From assembly GCF_041886205.1 (NCBI RefSeq), contig NZ_CP169029.1: DNA of 64,000 bases, one strand, 5' to 3'. Below, one piece after another: positions 1-14,028 of this stretch (the stretch's first letter is position 1; each line of letters begins with the position of its first letter). This DNA is from Escherichia coli (lineage in GTDB: Bacteria > Pseudomonadota > Gammaproteobacteria > Enterobacterales > Enterobacteriaceae). The position numbers were made by a program, and so were the translations under genes. The notes below the pieces were generated by a model. That model was not told the origin of the DNA. It was given only the letters and a program-made list of their open reading frames with translations, and made no database searches.

Positions 1-2215
1 CGTTGTGGATACCGCGTTTTTGGGCATCAAGCGGGTTGATCCACATTTCCTGACGGCAAGCCGCTTTCAGCACATCAACGTTGCCGTAAGTTGAGTGAAC
101 GCGAGATTTATAGTGGAAACCTGTAAGCTGCAGCGGATACTGTTTGTTCAGCGGATCCTGATAACTTTCAAAGCCCGGCGTGTAGATCGGCAGTGGATCG
201 ATCACATCGCCTTCTGGCAATTCCCAGGTAGCGGCAATGTCAGCCAGCGCCTGCGAATAAATCTCAATTTTGCCCGATGGCGTAGTCAGTGGGTTTGCCT
301 GCGGATCTTCACGGAAGGCTTTATAAGCAACGTGATGCCCTTGTGGGTCGCGCTTTTTAAAGATCCCCTGCTTGCGGAACTCTTCAAACGTTGGCAGTTC
401 AGGAATCGCTTCCCGCGACTGGGCATACAGATGCCGCATCCACTCTTCCTGGGTACGGCCTTCAGTAAACTGTTGCTCAACGCCAAGACGTTTTGCCAGT
501 TCGCTGGTCATTTCATAGATGGTCTTACATTCAAAGCGCGGTTTAATCACCTGATCGTTGAAAATCACGTAAGACATATTCCCGCAGGATGCATCCAGTG
601 CAAAGTCCATCTGTTCGGAAGCGGTGCAGTCAGGCAGCAGGATGTCAGCATATTTCGCCGATGAGGTCATGTGGCAGTCGATAACCACAATCAGCTCGCA
701 CTTCTTATCATCCTGAAGGATTTCATGGGTACGGTTGATTTCAGAATGCTGGTTAATCAGGCAGTTACCGGCATAGTTCCAGATCATTTTGATCGGCACA
801 TCCAGCTTATCTTTCCCGCGCACACCATCACGTAGCGCCGTCATTTCCGGGCCACGTTCAATGGCATCGGTCCACATAAACATAGAAATGCTGGTCTGGA
901 TCGGGTTTTCGAGGGTCGGCATACGGACAAACGGCAGGCTATAGGAACCTTCACGCGCGCCGGTGTTACCGCCGTTAATGCCGACGTTACCGGTCAGAAT
1001 CGCCAGCATCGAGATAGCGCGAGTCGCGATTTCGCCGTTGGCGTGACGCTGCGGGCCCCATCCCTGGCTGATAAACGCCGGTTTGGTACTGCCGATTTCC
1101 CGTGCCAGTTGAATGATTTTCTCTGCCGGGATACCGGTGATTTGCGAGGCCCATTGCGGCGTTTTAGCAACGCCATCTGGCCCGTCACCCAGAATATAGG
1201 CTTTATAGTGACCGTTTTTCGGCGCGCTAGCGGGCAGGGTTTTCTCATCGTAGCCAACGCAATATTTATCGAGGAATGCCTGATCCACCAGGTTTTCAGT
1301 GATCATGACGTACGCCAGACCGTTAACCAGTGCGGCATCTGTTCCTGGACGAATAGGGATCCACTCATCTTCGCGCCCGGCACCGGTGTCGGTATAGCGC
1401 GGATCGATGATGATCATGCGAGCATTAGATTTCTGACGCGCCTGTTCAAGATAGTAAGTCACCCCACCGCCACTCATTCGCGTTTCGCCAGGGTTATTAC
1501 CAAACAGCACTACCAGCTTACTGTTTTCGATATCCGACGGGCTGTTGCCATCTGCCCAGCCGCCGTAGGTATAGTTCAGACCTTCCGCAATTTGCGCGGA
1601 AGAGTAGTCACCGTAATGGTTCAGATAGCCGCCGCAGCAGTTCATCAGCCGCGCGACCAGGGTATTTCCCGGCGGCCAGGAGCGGGTCATGGTGCCACCC
1701 AGCGTACCGGTGCCATAGTTCAGATAGATGGATTCGTTGCCGTACTCTTTGATCAGGCGCTGCATATTGGTCGCGATGATGTCGTAGGCTTCTTCCCAGC
1801 TAATGCGCTCGAATTTGCCTTCACCGCGCGCCCCGACTCGTTTCATCGGATATTTCAGGCGGTCCGGATTGTAGACACGGCGACGCATGGAACGCCCACG
1901 CAGGCAGGCGCGAACCTGGTGCAGGCCGTCGTAATTGTCATCGCCGGTATTGTCCGTTTCGACATATTTGATTTCACCGTCCACGACGTGCATACGTAGC
2001 GGGCAGCGACTACCACAGTTAACTGTACAGGCGCTCCAGATAACCTTTTCGTCTGATTTTGTTGGAATGGCGCTATCGACAGCGTGCGCAATCCGACTAA
2101 AAGGTAATGTTAATGCGCTGCTGGCCATTGCCAGGCCGCCGATCGCTGTCGTTTTTACCAAACCACGGCGACTCACCTCAGCAGCCAATACCGCATCAGG
2201 GATTTTCGTTTTCAT
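1..2215 (-). CDS. dmsA: DMSO reductase catalytic subunit A, N-terminal ~738 codons; 3' end lies beyond window start
   Basis: Minus-strand ATG at 2213-2215 translates MKTKIPDAVLAAEVSRRGLVKTTAIGG (twin-arginine Tat leader). The frame stays open to position 1 (...VLKAACRQEMWINPLDAQKRGIHN). It is missing from the ORF track only because no stop lies in the window; + strand ORFs 95..664 and 1043..1999 are antisense shadows. Confidence 0.93.
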   Translation of the reverse strand, partial: MKTKIPDAVLAAEVSRRGLVKTTAIGGLAMASSALTLPFSRIAHAVDSAIPTKSDEKVIWSACTVNCGSRCPLRMHVVDGEIKYVETDNTGDDNYDGLHQVRACLRGRSMRRRVYNPDRLKYPMKRVGARGEGKFERISWEEAYDIIATNMQRLIKEYGNESIYLNYGTGTLGGTMTRSWPPGNTLVARLMNCCGGYLNHYGDYSSAQIAEGLNYTYGGWADGNSPSDIENSKLVVLFGNNPGETRMSGGGVTYYLEQARQKSNARMIIIDPRYTDTGAGREDEWIPIRPGTDAALVNGLAYVMITENLVDQAFLDKYCVGYDEKTLPASAPKNGHYKAYILGDGPDGVAKTPQWASQITGIPAEKIIQLAREIGSTKPAFISQGWGPQRHANGEIATRAISMLAILTGNVGINGGNTGAREGSYSLPFVRMPTLENPIQTSISMFMWTDAIERGPEMTALRDGVRGKDKLDVPIKMIWNYAGNCLINQHSEINRTHEILQDDKKCELIVVIDCHMTSSAKYADILLPDCTASEQMDFALDASCGNMSYVIFNDQVIKPRFECKTIYEMTSELAKRLGVEQQFTEGRTQEEWMRHLYAQSREAIPELPTFEEFRKQGIFKKRDPQGHHVAYKAFREDPQANPLTTPSGKIEIYSQALADIAATWELPEGDVIDPLPIYTPGFESYQDPLNKQYPLQLTGFHYKSRVHSTYGNVDVLKAACRQEMWINPLDAQKRGIHN

Positions 2216-2385
2216 AATGGCTCACTCAAGCTTGCTCACGATTGATTCCAGTAACAAACCGTATTGTGTAATTATTTCTATAGCAGCTCGCTATATAGGT
2301 TTGTATACATCGAATAATTTGAAAATCAAAGAGATAGGTAGATTTTCACTCGAAAGTAGTATTACGTGTAAGTGAGGAGTAATTA

Positions 2386-2399
2386 TTGTTCGGTATCAA
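2386..2399 (-). promoter_or_regulatory. FNR-type site upstream of dmsA (TTGATaccgAACAA on minus strand)
   Basis: Plus strand reads ttgttcggtatcaa. The reverse complement matches TTGAT-N4-ATCAA at 9/10 positions, ~175 bp upstream of the dmsA ATG. dmsABC is a classic FNR-activated operon. Confidence 0.6.
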
Positions 2400-2405
2400 A
2401 GGGAG

Positions 2406-2433
2406 ACAAAAAAAGCGCCCGCAGGCGCTTTTT
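2406..2433 (-). terminator. Rho-independent terminator after serS
   Basis: GCGCC-cgca-GGCGC hairpin flanked by an A-run and a T-run (aaaaaaagcgcccgcaggcgcttttt), 20 bp downstream of the serS stop. The symmetric flanks could also insulate dmsA upstream transcription. Confidence 0.8.
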
Positions 2434-2453
2434 AGATTCAGAAAAATTGGGTA

Positions 2454-3767
<1,314 letters not shown>

Positions 3768-3836
3768 TTAAATGGGAGATGTGGCCACAGCCTGCGACCA
3801 CAGGGATACAGTAACAACATTACCGCAACGATAACA

Positions 3837-5180
3837 TTAACGGTAGCGTTTTATGGGGCTATTTTGATCCTGTTCAGCCAGCCAGGCGAGCTTTTCGCCA
3901 ATCTTGCCTTCAAGGCCCCTGTTTGTCGGGAAATAATAGCGTGTTTGTGCTATTTCCGGCGGGAAGTAAACCTCACCGGCAGCATAAGCGTTTGCTTCAT
4001 CATGAGCGTAACGATATTCCTGCCCATAGCCCATTTCCTTCATTAATTTCGTCGGCGCATTACGCAAATGAACCGGTACGTCATAATCCGGGCGTTCGCG
4101 AGCATCGGCCAGCGCGGCTTTAAACGCAGTGTAGACAGCATTGCTTTTTGGCGCGCAGGCCAGGTAAACAATCGCCTGAGCAATGGCGCGTTCACCTTCC
4201 GCCGGGCCAACGCGAGTAAAGCAATCCCAGGCCGCAATTGCCACCTGCATCGCTCGTGGATCAGCGTTACCCACATCTTCAGACGCTATCGCCAAACAGC
4301 GACGCGCGACATATAACGGATCGCCACCAGCGGTAATAATTCGCGCATACCAGTACAGCGCCGCATCGGGTGCGCTACCACGTACCGACTTATGCAGTGC
4401 GGAAATGAGATCGTAAAAGCGATCGCCTTTGTTATCAAAGCGGGCGCTACGTTCACCGGCGATTTCGGTCAGTAATTCAGGCTTCAGGACCCGCTTACCG
4501 CGATCATCGACTTCGGCCATATCCGCCATCATTTCCAGCGTATTTAACGCCCGCCGCGCGTCGCCATTCACCAGTTCTGCAATGGCACGTCGTGTTTCAT
4601 CTGGCAGAACAATATCCTGACCACCATAGCCACGGGTTTTGTCTTCCATCGCCTGAGTTAGTACTTGCTCAATATCCTCTGTACTCAGGGATTTCAACAG
4701 ATAAACACGGGCACGGGAAAGCAGTGCCGAATTAAGCTCAAACGACGGGTTTTCAGTGGTTGCGCCAATAAAAGTGATGGTGCCGTCTTCAATATGTGGC
4801 AGAAATGCATCCTGCTGGCTTTTGTTGAATCGGTGCACTTCGTCAACAAAAAGAATAGTGCGGCGACCTGCATTGCGGTTTTGCCGGGCGCGCTCGATCG
4901 CCTCGCGAATCTCTTTCACGCCAGAGGTGACGGCAGAAATACGTTCCACATCAGCGTTCGCATAGCGGGCAATCACTTCAGCGAGGGTTGTTTTGCCGGT
5001 ACCCGGCGGCCCCCAGAGGATCATAGAATGTAAATGCCCGGCTTCGATAGCGCGCGGCAACGGCTTCCCCGCAGCCAGCAAATGTTGCTGGCCGATATAC
5101 TGTGCTAAATTTTCTGGCCGCATACGCGCGGCCAGAGGTTGAAAAGTATTATCCGAAAAATCGAGCGACAGATTGCTCAC
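3837..5180 (-). CDS. rarA: Replication-associated recombination protein A (AAA+ ATPase, MgsA/YcaJ)
   Basis: 447-aa ORF with Walker [10 protein letters not shown] and a conserved C-terminal MgsA domain; synteny lolA-rarA-serS. Confidence 0.95.
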   Translation of the reverse strand: MSNLSLDFSDNTFQPLAARMRPENLAQYIGQQHLLAAGKPLPRAIEAGHLHSMILWGPPGTGKTTLAEVIARYANADVERISAVTSGVKEIREAIERARQNRNAGRRTILFVDEVHRFNKSQQDAFLPHIEDGTITFIGATTENPSFELNSALLSRARVYLLKSLSTEDIEQVLTQAMEDKTRGYGGQDIVLPDETRRAIAELVNGDARRALNTLEMMADMAEVDDRGKRVLKPELLTEIAGERSARFDNKGDRFYDLISALHKSVRGSAPDAALYWYARIITAGGDPLYVARRCLAIASEDVGNADPRAMQVAIAAWDCFTRVGPAEGERAIAQAIVYLACAPKSNAVYTAFKAALADARERPDYDVPVHLRNAPTKLMKEMGYGQEYRYAHDEANAYAAGEVYFPPEIAQTRYYFPTNRGLEGKIGEKLAWLAEQDQNSPIKRYR

Positions 5181-5190
5181 TCAGGTGCCT

Positions 5191-5802
5191 CTACTTACGT
5201 TGATCATCTACCGTGACGCCTTGCGGCGGGGTGAAGGTAAATTTCGCTGCATCCACAGCCCCATTTTGCTGGGATTTCAGTTGATAACTGCTGCGCTGAT
5301 CGTCCTGCTCCACCGCGCTAAACTGATGGATTGTGCCATCACGTCCCACGTTAATGGTGAACTGCTTCAGATTGCCATTGCTGGCTTTCGGCGTCAGGAC
5401 AAAGTCATCGCCATTCTGTTTGATATTGTACTGCTGCCAGTCGCTGGACTGGTTGCGGGCAATCAGCATAAACGGCGTATTACCGGTGGCATCTTTCAGC
5501 CAGGTTGCCGTAGCTTGCTCAACGAACGGGTTATAGAACCACAGTGTTTTACCGTCAGAAACCAGAATGCTTTCATCAGGTTGTGTCATATGCCAGTTGA
5601 ATAAGTTTGGACGTTTCACCCACAGATCGCCCTGACCTTCCTGCACCGCCGCGCCGCTACCGTCAGTCACTTTTTGTGTGAAGCTGGCGTGGAAGCTGCT
5701 GACTTTATCCAGGCGGCTTTTCAGATCGCTTGCGGCATCAGCCCAAACGCTGCTTGCTACTAAGCTTGAGAGTAATGCACAGGTGATGGCAATTTTTTTC
5801 AT
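5191..5802 (-). CDS. lolA: Periplasmic lipoprotein chaperone LolA
   Basis: ORF track gives 5191..5805 (MMKKIAI...). The second ATG at 5802 has better spacing to the GAGGA Shine-Dalgarno and gives the known [21 protein letters not shown] signal peptide. Confidence 0.93.
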
Positions 5803-5913
5803 CATTATTCCTCAAATTACGTCACTCCCGATCGGGAGTTCCCTCTACTCTCTATTCCAGGCTAATAATCAGCTTGAGGAAAGAAGAAAATACTGAATTT
5901 TCAGTTGATAGAG

Positions 5914-5947
5914 TGCCGGATGCGACGCTACCGCGCCTTATCCGGCA
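5914..5947. repeat. REP (repetitive extragenic palindrome) element
   Basis: tgccggatgcgacgctaccgcgccttatccggca is a typical REP/PU imperfect palindrome, in the lolA-ftsK intergenic region. Confidence 0.85.
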
Positions 5948-5956
5948 ATGCATTAA

Positions 5957-8900
5957 TTAGTCAAACGGCGGTGGGGCCAGCACTTCACGATTACCGTTGT
6001 GCCCCTGTTCGCTGACAATCCCCTGCGCTTCCATCTGTTCGATAATACGCGCTGCACGGTTATAACCAATGCGGAACTGACGCTGTACGCCTGAAATTGA
6101 CGCTTTGCGTTTTTCAGTGACAAACTGCACCGCCTGATCGAACAACGGATCCAGTTCTTCAGCGCCATCGAAACCGCCCGCGCCACCTTCGCTTTCGCTG
6201 TCGGAGGTGATGCCATCAATATACTGTGGGCGACCACGCGCTTTCCAGTCCTGCACTACGGCATGAACTTCCTGATCGCGAACAAAAGCACCATGGACAC
6301 GTACCGGTAACGTGGAGTTCGGCCCAGAGTAGAGCATATCCCCCATACCCAGCAGTGATTCCGCACCAGCCTGATCAAGAATGGTACGTGAGTCAATCTT
6401 ACTGGATACGGTAAAGGCGATACGGGTCGGAATATTCGCTTTAATCAGACCAGTAATAACATCAACCGATGGACGCTGAGTTGCCAGTACGAGGTGGATA
6501 CCCGCGGCACGGGCTTTTTGCGCCAGACGTGCTATCAGCTCTTCCACTTTTTTACCTACCGTCATCATCAGGTCGGCAAATTCGTCCACCAACACCACAA
6601 TGTATGGTTCTTTTTTCAGCACCGGATGCTGGGCGTCCATACTGTCACCCGGCTTCCAGTACGGGTCTGGAATCGGACGCATCATGCGATCGGCTTCAGC
6701 AATTTTTTCGTTATAACCCGCCAGATTACGCACACCCAGCGCAGACATCAGTTTATACCGACGCTCCATCTCGTTAACACACCAGCGCAGCGCGTTGGCG
6801 GCATCTTTCATATCAGTAACGACTTCCGTTAACAGGTGCGGAATGCCTTCATACACCGAAAGCTCCAGCATTTTCGGGTCGATCATGATGAAACGCACAT
6901 CTTCTGGCTGTGCTTTATAAAGCATGCTCAGGATCATCGCGTTCACACCGACAGATTTACCGGAACCGGTAGTCCCCGCAACCAACAAGTGCGGCATTTT
7001 CGCCAGATCGGCAACCACCGGCTCACCGGCGATATCTTTACCCAGCACCACGGTTAATGGCGACGGATTATCGCGGAATTTGGCGTTATCCAAAACTTCG
7101 CGCAGATAAACGGTTTGTCGTTTTTTATTTGGTAACTCCAGACCTACATAGGGTTTGCCAGGAATAACTTCAACGACACGCACCGCCACCGTCGAAAGTG
7201 AACGGGCAAGGTCCCGTGACAAGTTAGAAATGCGCGCCGCTTTTACGCCAGGAGCCAGGTTAAGTTCAAAGCGAGTGATAACCGGCCCCGGAGAGTAATT
7301 GACGACATCGGCTTTAATACGGAAATCAGCCAGACGCGCTTCCACCAGACGAGCCATTTGTTCAAGCGCAAAGGTATCTACCGGCTCCACTTCGCTCGGC
7401 GGCGGTGTCAGCAAATCCAGAGAAGGCAGCGGCGTCGTCGGTTTATGCAACGGACGGCTGTCGCCATTACGCATCAACAGCGGATGAAGCAGGGTATCCT
7501 GCTGCTGCGGTGCAACCGGTTGTTGCGGCTGCTGATACTGCTGCTGCGGCGCAACTGGTTGTTGCGGCTGCTGATATTGCGGCTGTGGCGCAACCGGTTG
7601 TTGCGGCTGCTGATATTGTGGCTGCGGCGCAACCTGCTGTTGTGGCTGCTGATACTGCGGCTGCTGATATTGCTGCTGTGGCGCAACCGGCTGTTGTGGC
7701 TGCTGATACTGCTGCTGCGGTGCAACCGGTTGTTGCGGCTGCTGTACAGGTTCAACAATTGGCGTAAACAACGGTTCGTGTGGACCATCATCCAGCAACG
7801 CTTTCATTGGCGAAAATTCAAAATCATCCAGCGAGAACGGATTCGCCCCAGCCGGTTGTTCGCCGGAATAACGTTGTTGTTGAGTTTGCGCAAACTGACG
7901 AGCCAGTTCAGCCTCTGCCGCAGCATCTGCATCTTCTGCGTTTACGGGCACATCATGTTGATACTGTTCGCCATAGCGTTGCTGCTGTGTCTGGGCGAAC
8001 TGACGTGCCAGTTCATCCTGCTGCATCGCATCGATTTCATCATCGTTGTACTGATCGCCAGAATCGTACTGATTGCGCTGGGCTTCACGGGCTTTTTCTT
8101 CCGCCGCACGCTGTGAGGGCAGCTTAATACCGTAAGACGCCAGTTCACGACGAGTTGGCACGCGGATACGTTTCGGTCGTGGCAACTGCGGGCCAATCCC
8201 CTCTTTGACCTGCGGACGCGGTCCACCGCTATTTGCCAGACTGAAGACTGGCGCGGCAACGGTTGCGGCAGCCCCCGTCGCCAGTGTCGCTTTTTTCACG
8301 CCAGATGCCAGCGGAGAAACAGCGGCAGCGGTTTCTACTGGAGGTACTGCTGCAACAGAAGGTGCTTTCAGCGAAGATTTGATCGGTTCTGGTTCTTTAA
8401 CCGGTTCTGGAATCGGTTGATACCAGGCCGCAAGTTGTTCACGTTCACGGGCACGCTTCTCTTCCACTTCTTCAAAGTAGTAAAGCGGAGGACGCGCGGG
8501 TTTTGTCTCTTCTACAACGGGTTCAGGTTCCACAACAGGCTGCTGTTCAACAGGTTGCGGCTGTTGGTACAACGGTTCCTGAGCGGCTGGCTGCTGATAA
8601 GTTTGCTCAGTCTGGTATGTAGACTGTGGAGCAAAAGTGGATTGCTGCTCTTCGGCTTGCCAGGCGTTACCTGCCACCGGTTGTTCTGGCGCGGGGGCGT
8701 AATACGGTTGCTGAACAGGTTGTTCCGCCGCAGGAGCGTAGTAAGGTTGTTGCACAGGTTGTTCAGCTGCAGGCGCATAATACGGCTGCTGTGGCTGTAC
8801 AGGTTGTTGCAGCGGCTCATTATATTGCACTGCAGGCTGCGCATATTGTGGCTGCTGTGGGTAACCTTCCGGTGCAGGAGCAATAACCGGCTCTCCCGTT

Positions 8901-10000
8901 TGTGGACCCGGTACAGGCTGCCAGGCTACTGTAGGTTGCGAAGGTGGAACATCAACAGAGGCAACAGGCGGCGTATGAGTCACAGGTTCAACCGGCGCAG
9001 CCCAGCCTTGTGTCGCCGTGGTAGCAGCAGCTGCTACAGCGACAGGTTCGGTAATTGGCGCACCGTTTAATAATGGATCGTATTCGTCATATTCTGGCTG
9101 CGTTGCACGATTGCCCGAAAATAGGACGTCGTCCGGGTCGGCAGCCACACCGCGTGCAGTGTAGGTAATCTCTTCGTCATCATCCATCCGCTTACCGGAG
9201 AACAACGCAGCGTCTGTTTGCCGCCCCATCGGATTAATGAATTTTTCCGCCAACCGTTTACGACGCGCTAGCGCGCCGCGAAGAATACGGGCACGGCGTG
9301 ATTCATGCTGTTTGCCGTGGTTTTCATCTTCATACTCTTCGTCATCTTCATATTCATCTTCATCGACCCAGGTATCATCGCGACGGGTACGATTACTGGC
9401 GAAGGTGAGAATGTTTAAAATCCAGCCGCCGAGTTTTTCAGCAATGGTCACCCATGACCAACCGGTGAACAGCGTCAGGCCCGCAGCCCAAACGCAGAGC
9501 AGCGCAATAGTTCCCCCGCTACTGTGTAGCAGTGGTTGTAGCGTAGTACTTAGTAAGCTGCCAATGACGCCACCGGAGGCAAAATACCAGATATCGTCAG
9601 CGTTGATTGCCGCCAGACCACAGGAGGTAAGGATGAGCGCCAAAACGCCAATGATGCGTAGCGAAACGGCAAAATAATCAATGTATTCGTCGCTGGACTG
9701 ATGACGCCAGGCAAACCAACAACCGCCGACAATAATGACGGGAATGGTGTAAGCCATCACGCCAAAAATAAAGAACAGCGTATCTGCCAACCACGCACCG
9801 GGCATCCCACCTAAATTATGGATAGGTTCATGCCAGGCCGTTTGCGACCAGCTGGGGTCCGAAGGGTTAAAGCTTAGTAAGGCAGCCATCAACCAGACGG
9901 CAAACAGGACAATAAGGATCAGCAACGCCTCCAGAAGGCGGCGGCCGCTACTTAACTTTGTCAATGTGACTTCTTTGTCTTCAGTGTATTCCTGGCTCAA
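5957..10000 (-). CDS. ftsK: DNA translocase FtsK (1347-aa allele)
   Basis: N-terminal membrane domain ([31 protein letters not shown]), a very long Pro/Gln-rich linker, a C-terminal motor with Walker A GTTGSGKS, and a gamma domain ([27 protein letters not shown]). Confidence 0.97.
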   Translation of the reverse strand: MSQEYTEDKEVTLTKLSSGRRLLEALLILIVLFAVWLMAALLSFNPSDPSWSQTAWHEPIHNLGGMPGAWLADTLFFIFGVMAYTIPVIIVGGCWFAWRHQSSDEYIDYFAVSLRIIGVLALILTSCGLAAINADDIWYFASGGVIGSLLSTTLQPLLHSSGGTIALLCVWAAGLTLFTGWSWVTIAEKLGGWILNILTFASNRTRRDDTWVDEDEYEDDEEYEDENHGKQHESRRARILRGALARRKRLAEKFINPMGRQTDAALFSGKRMDDDEEITYTARGVAADPDDVLFSGNRATQPEYDEYDPLLNGAPITEPVAVAAAATTATQGWAAPVEPVTHTPPVASVDVPPSQPTVAWQPVPGPQTGEPVIAPAPEGYPQQPQYAQPAVQYNEPLQQPVQPQQPYYAPAAEQPVQQPYYAPAAEQPVQQPYYAPAPEQPVAGNAWQAEEQQSTFAPQSTYQTEQTYQQPAAQEPLYQQPQPVEQQPVVEPEPVVEETKPARPPLYYFEEVEEKRAREREQLAAWYQPIPEPVKEPEPIKSSLKAPSVAAVPPVETAAAVSPLASGVKKATLATGAAATVAAPVFSLANSGGPRPQVKEGIGPQLPRPKRIRVPTRRELASYGIKLPSQRAAEEKAREAQRNQYDSGDQYNDDEIDAMQQDELARQFAQTQQQRYGEQYQHDVPVNAEDADAAAEAELARQFAQTQQQRYSGEQPAGANPFSLDDFEFSPMKALLDDGPHEPLFTPIVEPVQQPQQPVAPQQQYQQPQQPVAPQQQYQQPQYQQPQQQVAPQPQYQQPQQPVAPQPQYQQPQQPVAPQQQYQQPQQPVAPQQQDTLLHPLLMRNGDSRPLHKPTTPLPSLDLLTPPPSEVEPVDTFALEQMARLVEARLADFRIKADVVNYSPGPVITRFELNLAPGVKAARISNLSRDLARSLSTVAVRVVEVIPGKPYVGLELPNKKRQTVYLREVLDNAKFRDNPSPLTVVLGKDIAGEPVVADLAKMPHLLVAGTTGSGKSVGVNAMILSMLYKAQPEDVRFIMIDPKMLELSVYEGIPHLLTEVVTDMKDAANALRWCVNEMERRYKLMSALGVRNLAGYNEKIAEADRMMRPIPDPYWKPGDSMDAQHPVLKKEPYIVVLVDEFADLMMTVGKKVEELIARLAQKARAAGIHLVLATQRPSVDVITGLIKANIPTRIAFTVSSKIDSRTILDQAGAESLLGMGDMLYSGPNSTLPVRVHGAFVRDQEVHAVVQDWKARGRPQYIDGITSDSESEGGAGGFDGAEELDPLFDQAVQFVTEKRKASISGVQRQFRIGYNRAARIIEQMEAQGIVSEQGHNGNREVLAPPPFD
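7498..7746 (-). repeat. Tandem 39-bp coding repeats (about 6.4 copies) in the ftsK linker
   Basis: Units by eye: 7498-7536, 7537-7575, 7576-7614, 7615-7653, a 15-bp partial unit 7654-7668, then 7669-7707 and 7708-7746. They encode reiterated (Y)[10 protein letters not shown](P/Q)Q. Confidence 0.85.
8686..8802 (-). repeat. Three tandem 39-bp coding repeats in the ftsK linker
   Basis: Units 8686-8724, 8725-8763 and 8764-8802 encode PYYAPA(A/P)EQPVQQ three times. Confidence 0.8.
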
Positions 10001-10134
10001 GAAAGGCTCTCCAGGTTACAGGCTTTTCCTGCCCGATGCTAAAACGGACAACAGTACCAGGTTACCCCAGTACTGTTGCTGTATGGATTAACAGGAGTGT
10101 AATCAAAATACGCCGATTTTGCACCTGTTCCGTG

Positions 10135-10629
10135 TTAGCGCGTCTTTATAACCAGACGATTACTCTGCTTGACTTCTTCCATAACAACGTATGTCCGTGT
10201 GTCATTGACGCCAGGCAGACGCAGCAGGGTTTCCCCCAGCAACTTACGGTAAGCTGACATATCCGGCACGCGTGTTTTCAACAGGTAGTCGAAATCACCA
10301 GATACTAAATGACACTCCTGAATTTCTTCAAGTTTTTGTACAGCGGTATTGAATTGTTCAAACACATCCGGTGCGCCACGATTCAGAGTAATCTCAACGA
10401 ATACCAGAAGTGATGCATCCAGATAATGGGGGTTCAGCAGCGCAGTATAGCCCTGAATAAACCCTTGTCTTTCCAGCCGACGCACACGCTCAAGGCACGG
10501 CGTTGGGGAAAGTCCCACACGTTTAGAAAGCTCGACGTTAGAAATACGCCCATCCTTTTGCAACTCATTAAGAATGTTACGATCGATACGGTCGAGATCT
10601 TTGCCAGGGCGCTTCTTGCTATCTACCAT
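10135..10629 (-). CDS. lrp: Leucine-responsive regulatory protein
   Basis: The ORF-track ORF (182 aa) carries an 18-codon upstream extension. The known Lrp N-terminus MVDSKKRPGKDLDRIDRNILNELQKDGR starts at 10629 and gives 164 aa. Confidence 0.96.
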   Translation of the reverse strand: MVDSKKRPGKDLDRIDRNILNELQKDGRISNVELSKRVGLSPTPCLERVRRLERQGFIQGYTALLNPHYLDASLLVFVEITLNRGAPDVFEQFNTAVQKLEEIQECHLVSGDFDYLLKTRVPDMSAYRKLLGETLLRLPGVNDTRTYVVMEEVKQSNRLVIKTR

Positions 10630-11056
10630 TATTATTGTCTCTCTGTATTCCTTCCCTACTCCTGTCTGACCCTGAAACATCACTGTTCAGAGTCGCTACC
10701 CGTCACGATAGACCGAAATCATGAAGATTCACGGCGCGCAATGCCTGGGTCTACGGTGAGAAGACCGTTGCCTTGTGGCAGCTATCGACATCACGAATGG
10801 CGTCTGTCCACACCATACGTAGATTTCACTAGCACGGTAAACATGGTATTTACATGCATGGTTATGCGCATATAAGAATACTGTTTTTTTTCTTCCTCGA
10901 ATGTTTTCGCAAAACACCAGGGGATTGTCAAAGCAAAACATCGATTTTTAGTACAACATGCCAGATATTCATTAACAGGGGCGTTTATTCATCATTTAAT
11001 CGGCTTATAAAGCGTGAAATTTAAGTAGCAGAGGTGATAATGACGGGAGAATTTGA

Positions 11057-12139
<1,083 letters not shown>

Positions 12140-12166
12140 TTTTACAAATCAGTAACAAAAGTAAAG

Positions 12167-12206
12167 AAGGCGACACCATGCGACTATGGGTCGCCTTTAT
12201 TTTTTC
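12167..12206 (+). terminator. Rho-independent terminator after trxB
   Basis: aaggcgac ... gtcgcctt stem followed by tattttttcc. Confidence 0.7.
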
Positions 12207-12261
12207 CCCGTTGTAACATTGCTCTGCAAATAATTCTGATAACTCACCTGCTAAGCGTGCA

Positions 12262-14028
12262 ATGAATAAATCCCGTCAAAAAGAGTTAACCCGCTGGTTA
12301 AAACAGCAAAGCGTCATCTCCCAACGTTGGCTGAATATTTCTCGTCTGCTGGGCTTTGTGAGCGGCATATTGATCATTGCCCAGGCCTGGTTCATGGCGC
12401 GAATTCTGCAACATATGATTATGGAGAATATTCCCCGTGAAGCCCTGCTGCTTCCCTTTACGTTACTGGTTCTGACCTTTGTACTGCGCGCATGGGTGGT
12501 CTGGTTACGCGAACGGGTGGGTTATCACGCCGGGCAGCATATCCGCTTTGCCATCCGCCGTCAGGTTCTCGACCGTCTGCAACAGGCAGGGCCAGCGTGG
12601 ATTCAGGGTAAACCTGCGGGGAGCTGGGCGACGTTGGTACTCGAGCAAATTGACGATATGCATGATTACTATGCACGCTACCTGCCGCAAATGGCGCTGG
12701 CAGTGTCGGTGCCGTTGCTGATTGTGGTGGCGATCTTCCCCTCTAACTGGGCTGCGGCGCTCATTCTGCTGGGTACAGCACCGTTAATTCCGTTGTTTAT
12801 GGCGCTGGTTGGAATGGGGGCTGCCGATGCTAACCGACGTAACTTTCTCGCTCTTGCTCGCTTAAGTGGGCATTTCCTCGATCGCCTGCGCGGCATGGAA
12901 ACACTGCGTATTTTTGGTCGTGGTGAAGCTGAAATTGAAAGTATTCGTTCTGCTTCGGAAGATTTCCGCCAACGGACAATGGAAGTGCTACGGCTGGCGT
13001 TTTTATCCTCCGGCATTCTCGAATTTTTTACCTCGCTGTCAATTGCTCTGGTGGCGGTCTACTTTGGTTTTTCCTATCTCGGCGAGCTGGATTTTGGTCA
13101 CTACGATACTGGCGTGACGCTGGCTGCGGGTTTTCTGGCCCTGATCCTTGCGCCAGAGTTTTTCCAGCCATTACGCGATCTCGGTACGTTTTATCATGCT
13201 AAAGCCCAGGCTGTTGGCGCAGCTGACAGTCTGAAAACGTTTATGGAAACCCCGCTCGCCCATCCGCAGCGCGGTGAGGCGGAATTAGCATTGACCGATC
13301 CGCTGACCATTGAGGCCGAGGATCTGTTTATCACGTCGCCGGAAGGTAAAACGCTGGCCGGACCGCTGAACTTTACTTTGCCAGCAGGCCAACGTGCAGT
13401 GTTGGTTGGTCGCAGCGGTTCAGGTAAAAGCTCACTGCTGAACGCGCTTTCTGGTTTTCTCTCATATCAGGGATCATTACGAATCAACGGGATAGAATTA
13501 CGCGATTTATCACCAGAATCATGGCGTAAACATCTCTCATGGGTTGGGCAAAATCCACAATTACCGGCAGCAACATTACGGGATAACGTACTACTGGCGC
13601 GACCTGATGCCAGCGAACAAGAATTACAAGCAGCGCTGGATAACGCCTGGGTCAGCGAGTTTCTACCGCTCCTGCCACAAGGCGTTGATACGCCTGTTGG
13701 CGACCAGGCTGCCCGCCTTTCCGTGGGGCAGGCGCAGCGCGTGGCGGTGGCCCGTGCGTTACTAAATCCCTGTTCGCTATTACTGTTGGATGAACCCGCT
13801 GCCAGCCTTGATGCTCACAGTGAACAGCGCGTAATGGAGGCGCTGAATGCCGCCTCTCTGCGCCAGACAACGTTAATGGTCACCCACCAGTTAGAAGATC
13901 TTGCTGACTGGGATGTCATTTGGGTTATGCAGGATGGCCGGATTATTGAGCAAGGACCTTACGCGGAATTAAGTGTGGCTGGTGGCCCATTCGCCACATT
14001 ACTGGCCCATCGTCAGGAGGAGATTTAA
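12262..14028 (+). CDS. cydD: Glutathione/cysteine ABC exporter subunit CydD
   Basis: 588-aa ABC half-transporter (TMD plus NBD with GRSGSGKSS and LSVGQAQR). It abuts cydC. Confidence 0.95.
   Translation: MNKSRQKELTRWLKQQSVISQRWLNISRLLGFVSGILIIAQAWFMARILQHMIMENIPREALLLPFTLLVLTFVLRAWVVWLRERVGYHAGQHIRFAIRRQVLDRLQQAGPAWIQGKPAGSWATLVLEQIDDMHDYYARYLPQMALAVSVPLLIVVAIFPSNWAAALILLGTAPLIPLFMALVGMGAADANRRNFLALARLSGHFLDRLRGMETLRIFGRGEAEIESIRSASEDFRQRTMEVLRLAFLSSGILEFFTSLSIALVAVYFGFSYLGELDFGHYDTGVTLAAGFLALILAPEFFQPLRDLGTFYHAKAQAVGAADSLKTFMETPLAHPQRGEAELALTDPLTIEAEDLFITSPEGKTLAGPLNFTLPAGQRAVLVGRSGSGKSSLLNALSGFLSYQGSLRINGIELRDLSPESWRKHLSWVGQNPQLPAATLRDNVLLARPDASEQELQAALDNAWVSEFLPLLPQGVDTPVGDQAARLSVGQAQRVAVARALLNPCSLLLLDEPAASLDAHSEQRVMEALNAASLRQTTLMVTHQLEDLADWDVIWVMQDGRIIEQGPYAELSVAGGPFATLLAHRQEEI

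Noticed and set aside
1043-1999. 318-aa + strand ORF (and 95..664, 1935..2375) at the start of the window
   Set aside because: They lie antisense to or overlapping the clearly recognisable dmsA reading frame on the minus strand. They have no RBS and a low-complexity Arg/Gly/Ala-rich composition typical of shadow ORFs in GC-balanced genes.
7358-9070. Cluster of 100-250-aa ORFs on both strands inside ftsK (e.g. 7358..8116, 7405..7767, 8417..9070, 8512..8883)
   Set aside because: They are artefacts of the CAG/CTG-rich 39-bp tandem repeats in the FtsK linker. Their translations are Leu/Arg or Ala/Val homopolymer-like, and the real frame is the 1347-aa minus-strand ORF.
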